From Utricularia gibba (taxonomy: Eukaryota > Plantae > Magnoliophyta): a stretch of DNA of 64,000 nucleotides. The position numbers and the translations under genes were made by a program. Positions 15,035 through 27,330 of the stretch are shown here, piece after piece. The stretch's first letter is position 1, and every line of letters begins with the position of its first letter. The stretch lies in the NCBI GenBank assembly GCA_002189035.1, contig NEEC01000002.1, forward strand, positions 1,674,001 through 1,738,000, in the 5' to 3' direction. The notes beneath the pieces were generated by a model that had not been told where the DNA came from, did not search any database, and saw only the letters and a list, made by a program, of their open reading frames with translations.

Positions 15035-15374
15035 TTTGAGGTTTCGCCGGCAGATGATGGAATTGCAAATGTGCAAATCAACCAGCACCCGGATGTTTGG
15101 ATAGAAATTAGGGTTCCACAAGTTGTTTGTGGGCTCGCGGCCCGCGTGTTCTTAATAACGCCAAGTATATGGGCCAGTGCATAAGCGCCATGTTGTGTAG
15201 TTGGGCTTTTAATGAGGTCGACATGAATGCTTCGATTTAACTACAAACAGCTGCGTCCCACGGCGGAGGGGGCGAATCGGAGCATTTGTTTTCTCCCCGG
15301 GAGGGGAGTTGGTGGAGCGAAGTTGAGTTTTGGGGATTTTCAGGAAATTAGGGTTTTGGTGTTTGAGGTAATTT
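15035..15374. promoter_or_regulatory. Bidirectional promoter shared by RPS3 and CTR9, with telo-boxes and site II (TGGGCY) motifs
   Basis: Only 340 bp separate the two ATGs. TTAGGGTT occurs at about 15108 and 15348; TGGGCT/TGGGCC at about 15130, 15169 and 15202. Telo-box plus site II is the established ribosomal-protein/cell-cycle promoter signature. Confidence 0.7.
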
Positions 15375-18300
15375 ATGGCGTGTATCTACATTCCGGTTCA
15401 GAATTCAGAGGAAGAGGTGAGAGTCGCGCTTGATCAACTACCCCGTGACGCGACTGACATTCTCGATATTCTTAAGGCGGAGCAAGCTCCTCTTGACCTT
15501 TGGCTTATAATTGCGGTTAGTCTTGTATCCTGAGCTGATATGCATTGCACACATGTTTCTCAGTTTATTAGGAATGAACTTGAATTCGGAGTGTGTATTC
15601 ATGCCGTTTTAACGCCCATATATGCCACAAGTTCAATGAATAGAGATAATTTGAGTTTGGCTGCCAGGGGAGGGCGGGTGTAGGCTTGTGTTTTAATTTT
15701 TTGTTTCATCAGTCTGGCTGAGTTTCTGTCTTCTGATGTAGAGGGAGTACTTCAAACAAGGCAAGATTGACCAATTCATACAGATATTAGAAGAAGGTTC
15801 TAGTCCTGGTAAATAGTATTGCTATTTTGATATTCTGCATTCCTTGTGAAATAAACACAGTAGCAAGCTTTGTTGTCACTAATATTTTTCTTTTATTTGT
15901 ATTAAATTAGCTCCACTAATTACATGGGACATTTCGCGCAGAGATTGATGAGTATTATGCAGATGTCAAATATGAAAGGATAGCGATACTAAATGCTTTG
16001 GGGCATATTACAGTTACATGTGGAAGTCTGAAATTGATGAAAAAAATAAGGATGAGTATTTTAGACAAGCCACAAAGCACTACAACAAGGCCTCCAGAAT
16101 TGACGTGCATGAACCATCAACCTGGGTTGGGAAAGGTAATGCTCTGCCATTACATTTTGTGACTCTACTGTATAATCTTATTTGATTCCTTTTCCACTTT
16201 TTATCCTTAATTCATCCTCAATGTTCAGATGATTACTGACCATACACATTCCAATGACGACAACATAGTTATGCTACAACTGTCATTTTAATCAAATAAA
16301 AAACACTATCTTAGAAGAATATTTGATACCAGGTCAACTTCTGCTGGCAAAAGGAGAGCTTGATCAAGCTTTTAATGCTTTCAAGATTGTGCTAGATGGT
16401 GATCGTGATAATGTTGCAGCTCTACTTGGACAGGTATCAGAACTTCTACTAGTCGTATATTCTTCTTCCATTTCATAAAATGATTGCAATCTGAGTTTCT
16501 TCACCGAAGATTACTAAGTTTGATCTGATGTTGAAGGAATCTTTCCATCTGATTATGTGTCGCTGACTCCTAATCTAAAGTCCAATGACGTGCCATTCTT
16601 CATTGGCAGGCTTGTGTTCACTTCACTCGTGGGAAATATGCTGATGCCCTTGAGCTATACAAGGTTTTCGAATCTTCCTCCACTCCTTTTGAATGCAATG
16701 CCTGATGTAACTGTGGATGTTAATTATACTCTAAGATGTTTTTGTCAGAGGGCACTGCAACTTTATCCAGTGATTCCCACTGTAAGAGTCGGAATAGGTC
16801 TCTGCCACTATAAGCTGGGCAGGCTTGGAAAAGCAAAGCAGGCATTTTATCGTGTTCTAGAGGCAAGGCACTCAGTACTGTTTTTTCCCAAAAAAGCGAA
16901 GCAGGCTTTTAGCATAGTTCATCAGACCCCTTAACGAAGTTCTTTTTCCAAGTTTATAAGAAAATCTTTATAATCCAAAGTGCAGCTAGATCCAGAAAAC
17001 ATAGATGCTCTTGTGGCACTTGGGATACTGGATTTGCAAACTAATGAAGGTCAGTATCTTTTTCGATTGTATAGCCAGGTCTTGATGCATGTTTTGGAGA
17101 TGGTGCAAGTATCGTATGATCCATAATATGTGGATACTGTAGTTTGAGACAAATAATGCTTGCAGCTTCTGGCATTAAAAATGGAATGAAGAAGATGCAG
17201 AGAGCCTTTGAGATATATCCATTGTGTGCAAATTCGCTGAACTACCTCGCAAATCATTTCTTCTTCACTGGCCAGCATTTCTTAGTTGAGCAATTGACTG
17301 AAGCTGCACTTTCGGTCACTATGCATGGGCCAACAAAGGCACATTCTTACTACAATTTGGCTCGCTCTTATCATAGCAAGGTTAATTATTTATTTATACT
17401 TTCCAAAGAATTCAGCTGATTGGTCAATGAGTTTGGTCGAACTTTCTAAGGACTCTCTTCATCTCTATCTTCCCCTTTTGTTTTATTTGTACCATCTATT
17501 ATGCTGTAAGTTTCATGTATTTGAGTTCCAGATTTTACTATTATCCTCATGTACTTGTGCTTTTTCTATTGCAGGGTGACTACGAACAAGCACGAAAGCA
17601 TTATATGCGATCAGTGGCTGAAAGTGGTAATCCACATGAATTTGTATTGCCTTATTATGGTATGTAAGTATTTATTTTTCCGTTTTCATAGACCCGACTA
17701 TTTTTTTTTTCATTTTTTCTATTTCTAAGTAGATTGTTCTATCAGCAGTATTCAGATCCTCATTACCTTTTTTTCCAAAGTATATGCTGATTTCACGCAC
17801 ATTTCTAATTGGGAATGGGAATAGGCCTTGGACAGGTTCAGTTGAAATTAGGAGACTGGCGGAATGCTTTGTCAAATTTCGAGAAGGTCTTGGAGGTACA
17901 ACCAGAAAATTGTGAGACATTGAAGGTATATGGAAATTAGATGCTCTTGAAATATTGAAGCTTCTTGCTTTAATGGGTTCATGATTTCTTTTTTGAGTAG
18001 GCCGTTGGATATATTTATGATCAGCTTGGGCAGAGTGATAAGGCAAAAGAGCTTTACAGGAAAGCCACCAAAATTAACCCTCAGGACCCCCAGGTGAGAG
18101 TTTCTTTTTTTAACTTTGTCAATAAAGCTTGATAAATGACTTAAAAAAATGAGTGTATAAATATGGTGTCTCCATGAACGTGTATTGCTACTTTCCAGAA
18201 GCCAGATGTCTCTCCAAAATGTGATCTTCATGTTATTTATAGGATTGAGATATGCACCATCATTGGATATGATGACGTGCAAACTTAGAATGCAGACGAT

Positions 18301-21300
18301 ATAGAGCCTTTTACAGACATCTGATCCCTTCAGTTAATGACAGATTTGTCAAGATAAATTGTCCTTTTTGGACATGTATGCACTTCATCTTCCATTTCTT
18401 GTTGTACAGGCATTTCTGGATCTTGGTGAGTTGCTAATTTCAATGGACATCAATGCTGCTTTGGATGCCTATAAAACAGTGAGTGTTTGTAGAATCATGC
18501 CTGATATTAGTGGTGAAAATTCAGCAGCTAAATGCATAGACTACATGTTGTTCATGATAAATGCACTACCTGTCGCTTATTATTATGTTTTTTGTATGCA
18601 GGCTTTCAATCTTATGAAAAAGGGAAATGAAGAAATACCGTTAAATCTGCTTAACAACATGGGGGTTCTCCATTTTGAAAGGGGAGAGCTGGAGGTTAGT
18701 GAAAGCCTTAAGAAGTTCGTTTCCATCGCTCAAAAATTTCTGTTTCTCTCTCTTTTTTTTCTAAACATAATTAAACTGGCTGGGGCTCCACAATGTCCTT
18801 TTTATTTGCAGCTTGCTGCTGAGGTATTTAAGGAAGCTTTAGGAGAGGGGATGTGGTGTAATTTCTGGGATTCTAAAAGTGAATCGATTGTTGACAAGAG
18901 ACATGCGGAATCAAATTTAACAGCACAAAATCCTGTGATTATGAACTTAATTTCGCATCCGTTGAAGGGTCTCCAACTGTTTCAACAAATTGATGAACAG
19001 GGTTTGCCCGTGGAACTGCCTTGGTATAAAGTATCAATATTGTTCAATTTAGGTCGAGTTTTGGAACAAATGCATGATACTGAACTGGCCAGTGCCTTAT
19101 ATCACTTAATTCTGTTCAAGGTTATAATTTTTTTGCTATCTATCTGTGATGAGTTCCCTTTTCACTAAATGTTTTTGGGTGTTAACCATTTATGATGCGC
19201 TTGAATTTTCTGTTTTCATAACTTTGAAGATGCAAATGACCTGCTTTTATCAGTATCACATAAATACTCTGCATGGTGCAAATTGACTACTTTTTCAAAA
19301 TTGCAGCATCCGGAATACACAGATGCTCATTTGAGACTTGCTGCAATTAAGAAAGCTGAAAACGATGTCCACATGAGTCTTGAACATGTATTTTTCTCTG
19401 AACCACCACGTTTTTATACTATTTTTCCGTCTCCTGTATACTGTGTTGTTTTCGCTTTTCTGAAAGAACTTCGTTGGCTATAGATTGGTAATGCACTAAA
19501 AGTGGATGAGAAGTGTGTTGATGCACTGTTAATGCGTGGTGATCTGGAGCTTAAGAATGATGACTGGGTCAAGGCAAAAGAAACGTTACGGGTGGCAAAG
19601 GACTTGACTGGAGAAAAAGATTTTTATGCTGCAGTTTGCCTGGTACGTGAAAACCTTGATATTGCTGTGTTAGCTACTTGCATATTTTATATTAGTATTA
19701 ACTGAATTTTCAAAATGTTTGCAACTGCTACTTTTATTCTTTTGTGTGGATAAAAGTGTAATTCGTTCATTTCAACCAGTTTTGAGTCCAAGAATAATAC
19801 GTCTTTTTCTGAAATGTAACAGCACTTTTATACTTCAGGGAAACTGGAACTACTTTGCAGCTAATAGAAATGAGAAAAGAGCTCCAAAGCTGGAGTCAAC
19901 TCATTATGAAAAAGCAAAAGAGCTCTACACGAAGGTACAGCTCTCTCATGTTGTGGCGCCTGGCTTTTGCAGAACCTAGACATTTTCTTCAATTTTTTGT
20001 TGCATTGGTTATCCAATTGTTGTGATTCGTGGTGAAGAATTGAATGTGCTTGTGGAACTTTCATTCACAATATTATCTCCATCATCTTTACATTGCTTTT
20101 GTTCACATTTATGCTCACTAACAAGACGAAAATTTTTTGTTGACATGACTCTTCATTATTTTTTTCAGGTTTTGCAGCAGCAACCTGCGAACCTCTATGC
20201 TGCAAATGGCGCTGGAATGGTATTTGCTGAAAAAGGTCAATTTGATATAGCAAAGGAGCTTTTTACACAGGTCTGTTTCTCTTCTCTGAACCGGTAATGG
20301 ATGATGTAAATCTCTTTATTTACGAACGTGAATTCATCTTTTGTCCAGGTCCAAGAAGCTGCTAGTGGAAGTTCTAATTTTCAAATGCCAGATGTGTGGA
20401 TCAACCTAGCCCATGTACACTTCGCTCAAGGAAATTTTGCCTTAGCAGTGAAGATGGTTAGCAGTTGATTATCTTAACACATTTTTAATAGATGAATCTT
20501 GAGACAGTTACTAACTTTTGCAATAACTTTGCAGTATGAAAATTGTTTGCGGAGATTCTACAATAATACTGATAGTCAAGTCCTTCTTTACCTAGCACGT
20601 ACACATTATGAAGCTGAACAGTGGCAAGACTGTAAGAAGACTTTATTAAGAGCTATCCACCTGGCTCCTTCAAATTACACATTGAGGTTTAATGCTGGAG
20701 TTGCGTTACAAAAATTCTCTGCCTCTACACTTCAAAAGACGAAAAGGACCCTTAGTGAGGTAAGGGCATTCTGTTTTCATCTTGTTCAGTTTGTAAATTA
20801 TGAATTTTAAATTTCTGTTACCTCATTATTGTTCTCCATCTCTCATAGTTTCTCGAATATGGCAGTTGCGAGCTACTGTAGCAGAGCTAAAAAATGCTGT
20901 CCGTTTATTCAGCATGCTATCTTCAGCTACAAACCTTCATTCTCATGGGTTTGATGAGAAGAAAATTGAAACTCACGTGGCGTATTGCGTGCACCTACTT
21001 GAAGCAGCAGTTGTATATTGTGACTTAGCTGAACGTGAAGAGATGCAGAATATTCAAAGAATGGAAGTGATGCGTCAAATGGAATTGGCAGATGAGTCAC
21101 GCCGAAAAGCAGAGGAACAGAGAAAAGTTCAGGTCATCGTCTGGCACTATTATTTTATAGATGTTTTCATCTTCATTTAGCCAAACTTTATCTCTGAGCA
21201 GATGGAAAAAAGAAAACTAGAGGATGAACTGAAACAAGTTATGCAACAAGAGAAAAACTTGGAGCGTATCAAGGTATGCATTTTCATTCTGTATGGGATG

Positions 21301-22009
21301 CTAAAAATGCGAATCTGTAAATGCTGGTTACGTCTGTGAAATTTAATGATCTTCAATCTCAATGAAGGAACAATGGAAGCATAGCTCGTCTAGTTCAAAA
21401 CGCAAAGAAAGGCACCATGCAGATGATGATGATGGGGGCCACAGTGAAAAAAGAAGAAGGAGAGGTGGTGGTAAGAGGAGGAAGAAGTTTAGGAAAGCAC
21501 ACTACGACTCAGATGAAGGTGATGCTGAGTTGGCAGATCATGATGTTGCGGATTACAGAGAGAGCTACAGAGGCCACAGAGATCATCAACCTGAGTACAG
21601 GGCTGATGTTGAAGATACAGAAGATGCTTCGCAAGGTCTTCTTGCAGCTGCTGGTTTAGATTCTGACGTTGAGGTATCTTTATTCATCACCCTCTCTTTC
21701 TCTTCCCTTTTGGGCGTTTTCTCCAAGCAAAGGCATCGAGCTTGTTCATTATGCTTTTCAAGGAAATGAATAGCTGGTCTTATGTCTTGAATGCTTCATA
21801 TCTAAAAAAGTTGGCCTGTTAATGCACAACCCTCCACTGTATCTGGCGATTGATTTGTCTCCTCATTGTTGAAGGATGCACCGGCAGAAGTTAGCCGGCG
21901 GAAAAGGGTATGGTCAGATTCAGATGAAGAGGTGCCAGAGGCTGTGGACATGCGAGTGAGTGATGGAGAGGGAAATGGAGTCGGAGGTGCAGCTGATGAC
22001 GAAGATTGA
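15375..22009 (+). CDS. VIP6: Paf1 complex subunit CTR9 homolog (TPR protein), about 24 exons; one apparent 1-nt frameshift at about 16003
   Basis: MACIYIPVQNSEEEVRVALDQLPRDATDILDILKAEQAPLDLWLIIA|REYFKQGK.., TPR exons (NHFFFTGQHFLVEQLTE, GNWNYFAANRNEKR, YLARTHYEAEQWQDCKKTLLRAIHLAPSNYTLRF) and an acidic/basic tail ending GAADDED*. Confidence 0.93.
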
Positions 22010-22407
22010 AGAAACCTTTTTTCGCTGATGGATCCCTTAGGCTTCATTGTAACGTATGTGTGCATAGTTGGCTTAGAGCCAGCACCTGTTGCTTGTTCAA
22101 TAGATTTACCACCACTTAGGGTTTAGCATCTTTATCAACTTCGAGCTAAAGGTTTCACTGTCAACTGAGCCCACAAAACTTAGAGGCTTTTAGTTGTAAA
22201 TGCACTATGCAATTAGAAGAAAAATGAATTGAAATTGCAGTTTCCAAACAATGCAGATAAACTGCTACATTTTGACATATACTAGCGTCAGACTTGCACC
22301 TGAACCTATGCTGGATTCATCTAGCATCTGTGCATCATACGGCTAAACTTGTTCCGCATGAACTAGATCTACTGGGGCTCGAGAACGATGAAATTGTTCC
22401 ATTCAAG

Positions 22408-23377
22408 TCACTGTTGATCAGCATGGGTAAATACGCCTTCCACTCTGTCAAGAGCCAACTCTAAACGCCCAGATTTCATGTTGAACACTGGCTCATCACT
22501 GCCCAAGCCCCTAAGAAAACAATGGCTCTCAGCAAATCATGGGATGCTGTGAAGACAAAGTGCAAGATGCTTCAGCTCGCAAACTTACCCACTAAATTCA
22601 GGAAGACTGTAATCAGCCCTCCACCCGAAACGGAAGTCCACTCCAGGGCACAAACCAAGGGATGTTTTGTTATAAATTCTCGTCGTCCTGTCAGTTCCCA
22701 AACTCGAGGTAACCTTCCATTTCCAACCTGTTTCATGATAATAAAAACTGTGGCTTACTCCTACCTGAAACGCACAGATGATGCAATCAGTTGATGAAAA
22801 ATGTGAGAAAAGACAAAGGTAGAGACCAAAGAATCAACCTGGAAAAGAAGGAACCTAGTCAAAGAAATCTTCTTAGAAACAAGCTGCACCTCTTGCCACA
22901 GGGGCTCGTATATGAACTTCCACTTCTGCGCGTGGGCTAGAGGTTTCAAAACCAGCTTGGCATGGTAATCATTCACATGGGGGGCATTATATAACTGCGC
23001 CATCAAACACGATTAGGAACTCCAAATGTTTTACAGAAACAGCATAAAAGGTTGATTTCACTTTAATTCAATAGCATTGTACCCAAAAATTTGTGAAATT
23101 TCTGTTCCACAACAAAATTCAAACCTAATCAACCAACAATTCGAATAAAAATGCAAGCACAATTGGTGGGACAACGTCAAATTTCCGCAGTACCCAAAAA
23201 TTCACCAACTGAACTAAAATGAAAATTGAAAGGTAAACACACACGTGCCTCTATGTTGACGCCGACGCGAAGTCCCTGAATTTCCTTTCTGAACTTCAAG
23301 AAGATTTCCGAGGGCACCAAATTCACTTTATAAAGCGCGTCGAACGAAGACGCCTCACCTCCCTCATTATCCTCCAT
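22408..23377 (-). CDS. Conserved plant protein of unknown function, about 187 aa, 4 exons, beta-strand-rich
   Basis: MEDNEGGEASSFDALYKVNLVPSEIFLKFRKEIQGLRVGVNIE|LYNAP..WKFIYEP..TRFLLFQ|VGVSHSF..GWKWKVTSSLG..GLCPGVDFRFGWRADYSLPEFSG|GLGSDEPVFNMKSGRLELALDRVEGVFTHADQQ*. The frame stays open across all three junctions. Confidence 0.8.
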
Positions 23378-23981
23378 TTTCCCTTGAACCGATCTGATCG
23401 AATGCGAAAAGATGAGATGCTTTCAGGTTAATCCCCGTGATCCAGCACACAACAAACCTGGAGAATTCAACAGATCAGGCTCAGCCAATATGAGGGGGAC
23501 CTGATGCACAGTTGCACATAGCCAACTGCCTACCAGGAAAGATCCGAATGTTGTGTCAAGACGTTTTCAAACTTGGTCAAATTTGTCATTTATGGATAAA
23601 AAAAGGATTAATTATTTACACAGAAAAATAATTTTAATAATAAATATTAATAGAACGAGTGGGTGTATCTGATTAATATTCGACTTCAAAATCCAGACAA
23701 CAAAAATTAGAAAAAAAATGCAAACACAACCAGACAACAAAAACTTATTGTAAGGATCCTACTGAACTTTCCAAACAGCGGTTACTGCATTGTCTGATGT
23801 GTCCACAATGTACAGCAAACCCGTGTAGTAGTAGCAAGCGTCTCAGAGGGGGGATTCGACATCACATTCCCCTGTGACCAGACGCTGAGTGAGTGCTGAG
23901 GAATGCATTATTTACACATCACAAACATGTCTGTCTTCAGACCATGGCACTGAACTGAAGGATTTGTGGTAGCAGCTGCTG

Positions 23982-24970
23982 CTACCGGAGAAGACGGTTG
24001 CTTGGTGCCGGCAACCCTGGCCGGCTGATGGGTGCAGGTGCACGGGGAACGAACTTTCTGACCCAAACATGCTTCCCCTTGATGGTGAACTTGGCTGTGT
24101 CTCTTCCATTGAGAATGGCATGGATGATGGATGGTGTTGAGAAGACAATTCTTGCATACAGAGCCTGCTTATCAGGAGGCTTCACCTCCTGCATGTGAAG
24201 TGACTCGATGCAGTCTCCAAACTGCGTGGTGAAATACTCTTTCACTTCATCTTCTGTCACTGGATACCCTTTTGAGAATGTGGCGAACATCGTCCGAGAA
24301 CACTTGACAATACTGGAATGACAGGAGGGGCATCTCCCTTCAGGTAGGAGAAGCTCTGAAATAAGGGATCCATGCTCATTTGGGCCATGGCTTTAGCAGA
24401 ATCAGGGATTGGAACTTCGGGTTGGCTGTTGATAGAGTCTGGGGGCTCATGGGAGGAGAGCAGAGCCGTTTCGCTGCAAGCCGCCGAGGCAGCATCACTG
24501 ATAAGGCTCTGGGCTGATGAGGTATCACCAGAACCACCATGACGTGCCATTTCCATGATATCAGAAAGTAGTGGGATATACAGAGAGCATAATGCAGTCT
24601 GGACATCATTGTAGACCTCTTGTCGAATTTCACGCAAGTATTGGAGGGAGATTTTACAGGGAAGGAGAATCCGTGTCAGAGGAATTTCATCAGCGGTTTC
24701 TAGAATTTGATAGGACTTATTGCCCACTATCTCGAGGCAACACAACGCCTCCTCAGCCAGTTGATTGATCACAGAGAGTCTAAGAGATAAGATCGTCGGT
24801 ATGATGCTGCAAATGCATGCCTGCTCCAGCCAGTGCCAAAAGCCCATAATATGCATACATTCCAAGGGGTTTCGACAAAGATCTTGAACCAGAATGGTGT
24901 AGAGATGCCGATCTCTTGTGTAGAAGACCTTGAATTCATCAACAGTCACTTCACAAATCGTGGGATCCAT
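23982..24970 (-). CDS. Uncharacterised plant protein of the At1g49290/At5g13620-like family with a C-terminal RRM-like domain; intronless, split by one frameshift
   Basis: N-terminal half: MDPT..VDEFKVFYTRDRHLYTILVQDL..GFWHWLEQ. C-terminal half, in another minus frame: RTMFATFSKGYPVTEDEVKEYFT..FGDCIESLHMQEV..LYARIVF..KFTIKGKHVWVRKFVP. The ORF track labels 23982..24290 as +, but it is on the minus strand. Confidence 0.78.
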
Positions 24971-27330
24971 GAAGACGGCGTGGAATTGATAAAGGCTGAT
25001 AAAAAAAACCATCTTTGTTTAGACAACAACGTTAGGAAACAAATCATAACGGGGGCGAACAGATTTCAAGGAAATGAAAGGAAGAGGCAAATATTCTAGT
25101 AAAGGGATCATAGATTCAAATGTCCAACACTGTAAGAATATCCAAAATCGACAAAAACTGTAATGCAACCAAGTACCCAGTGAATGTGAATTAACTAACA
25201 CAACAGAAAATCAAAGGGAGGGAAAACATTAAGAAAATTGCAGGAATCCACAAGAAAAATGCCTGAGCTCTCTGCATATACAAACGAAACTGACATTCAA
25301 GAAAATTGAAGAAACTAAAAGTTCATATCAAGATTGTTCTACAACACGGATCACAACCATTCGTTGATATGAAAAACAAGCAGACGGACATAACAAGTTA
25401 TATAGAAATATATACACGAGTTTTCAGAACAAATGAAGGAGACCTACCAGAGAAATTTTGTCCCACGGAATCTCTTTGTTGCAGAATGCCACAAACTGAC
25501 GCCTTTTTTATAGTCTGCTGAGCGATAAAGTTGAGGCAAAGTCATGAAATTTGGGTTCACTCATGAGCACAAACAAACAAATATTATTAATGCTGAGTTG
25601 GAATCATTCTGAAAAACCGTCTTTAGTTGGTTGTAGTAAATATATAGAAAATAACAGTAACATAACTGGAAAATTCTCATGGTTGATGTAACTCCATTAC
25701 AAAGTCGCTTAAGGATTCAAAATTATCAACACAAAAGAGAGAATGACGAAGTGAAAGAACAAGATTTTAGCCCAATATCAGATTTTCTAAGGATTCCCAA
25801 GAATGGGTAATAGAAATAAAGAATAAAGATTAAGGTTATAATCCCATCTTTTTCGTATCCTTAAAATAGGCAGCATAAAATATTTCTTTTTAACTTTTTT
25901 AACCCGAAAAGTCAGCCTCTGGATTTCTGAAATATATCACCTTGCATGTAATCTACAATCAAATAAGTTGGTATAGTTAAAAACAAAGAATGCCCTTGAG
26001 TAAAACTGTCAAAACACATCAACGACCTTGTTTCACCACCATCATCAAACTTAATAGAAATGATTAATATCTGACAGGAAGATGCTGAACTTTCAGCCAG
26101 AACTTGTAAAAGCTCAGAATTAAAGAAATCTCTCCTTAAAATATACCAGGCACGTCACAAGTCATCAATTGCAAATATCAGTAGACACTAATCTTAGATA
26201 TTTGCAAAGCTGAATGTTTTGTAATTCTTAAAATTTTTAAATTTCTTCATGCTCAGCAGAATGATTCCAACGAAATCACTTCAATATCTTACTCACTAAA
26301 AAATTCAAAAATCATGGCGCTGATTCACATCAAAAAGCTGGAAAAGGTGGATTTCAGAATGACAAATGAAAGCAGAATGTTCTGCAAATAGTAACTACAC
26401 CATTGCCGCAGCTGTATCATGAGATACACATCAGAAGAAATGGATAACAGAAAAAAAAAAAATCCCAACTCTCCATACAGCACCTTCATATCGCCAAGCA
26501 CCAAGCAGAAGAATTTCATTAGGAGCATCTGATGCACAAATTACCGACCAACTTTTTCAATACAACCGCTTCTGAAAACCATAGTCCAAGCAATCAGAAA
26601 AAAGGAAGATGAACTAACCTTCATACTTGACCTTATTCTGTACCCTTCAGTGTGTTGAAGAAAAGTTACTCTCCACCATTCAAATGCTGATTACAGGCTT
26701 TTTTTTATCATTGCAAAATTCCTGATATTGAAGGTCGCAAATTACAAAAAATCCATGAACAAAAAATTATCACAATGGAATTAAGGCACCAGAGCTTCAA
26801 ATCAGAGGTGCATCTCAGAAACACGGTTGACCTTCCAAATCATCATCCAGGACGTCTAGTGGCTCACTTCATACAAAACTGCTTCAGTTTGATTGAGGTT
26901 ACTCGATCCATCCCCTGGAGGGTATTTGTCTGTTAAAAGGAATTTAAAAAGAAATCGTGACTGCATCTAAAAGGTAAAGGTGAATCCACCTTCGTGTGAG
27001 GCATTCCGTTCAACTGCCTAAATAAGCGCAATACAAGTTTACATTCAGTGACTAGACACTACAGTCTTCAATCTCCTTCAGAAACAACAGCAGTGACCTT
27101 CAGACGGATGTCAAGACAAGGCAAACTTAAACGAAACCTTTTACCTAGATAAAGATCTGCAGAGTTCCAATAGTGGGGTGAAATAGCAAGAACCATCAAA
27201 CCGTAGAGGAACATAAGTCGGCCTTACTGTTTGGTTTGGCCCATTAACAGCAGGAACTAAAATTTATGCACCAATGGCACATATAAGAATACAGACCTCC
27301 GTGATGGAACATTGACAGCAACCAGTTGAA

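Noticed and set aside
18359-19168. 269-aa ORF treated as a single exon
   Set aside because: It is three CTR9 exons read through stop-free introns; splice sites are evident inside it.
23982-24290. ORF track lists this 102-aa ORF on the + strand
   Set aside because: The sequence shows cat at 24288-24290 and cta at 23982-23984, so it is on the minus strand. It is the C-terminal half of the At1g49290-like gene.
26775-26850. ATGATGA followed by CTGA on the minus strand
   Set aside because: Box spacing is too short for a typical C/D snoRNA and no guide sequence is recognisable.
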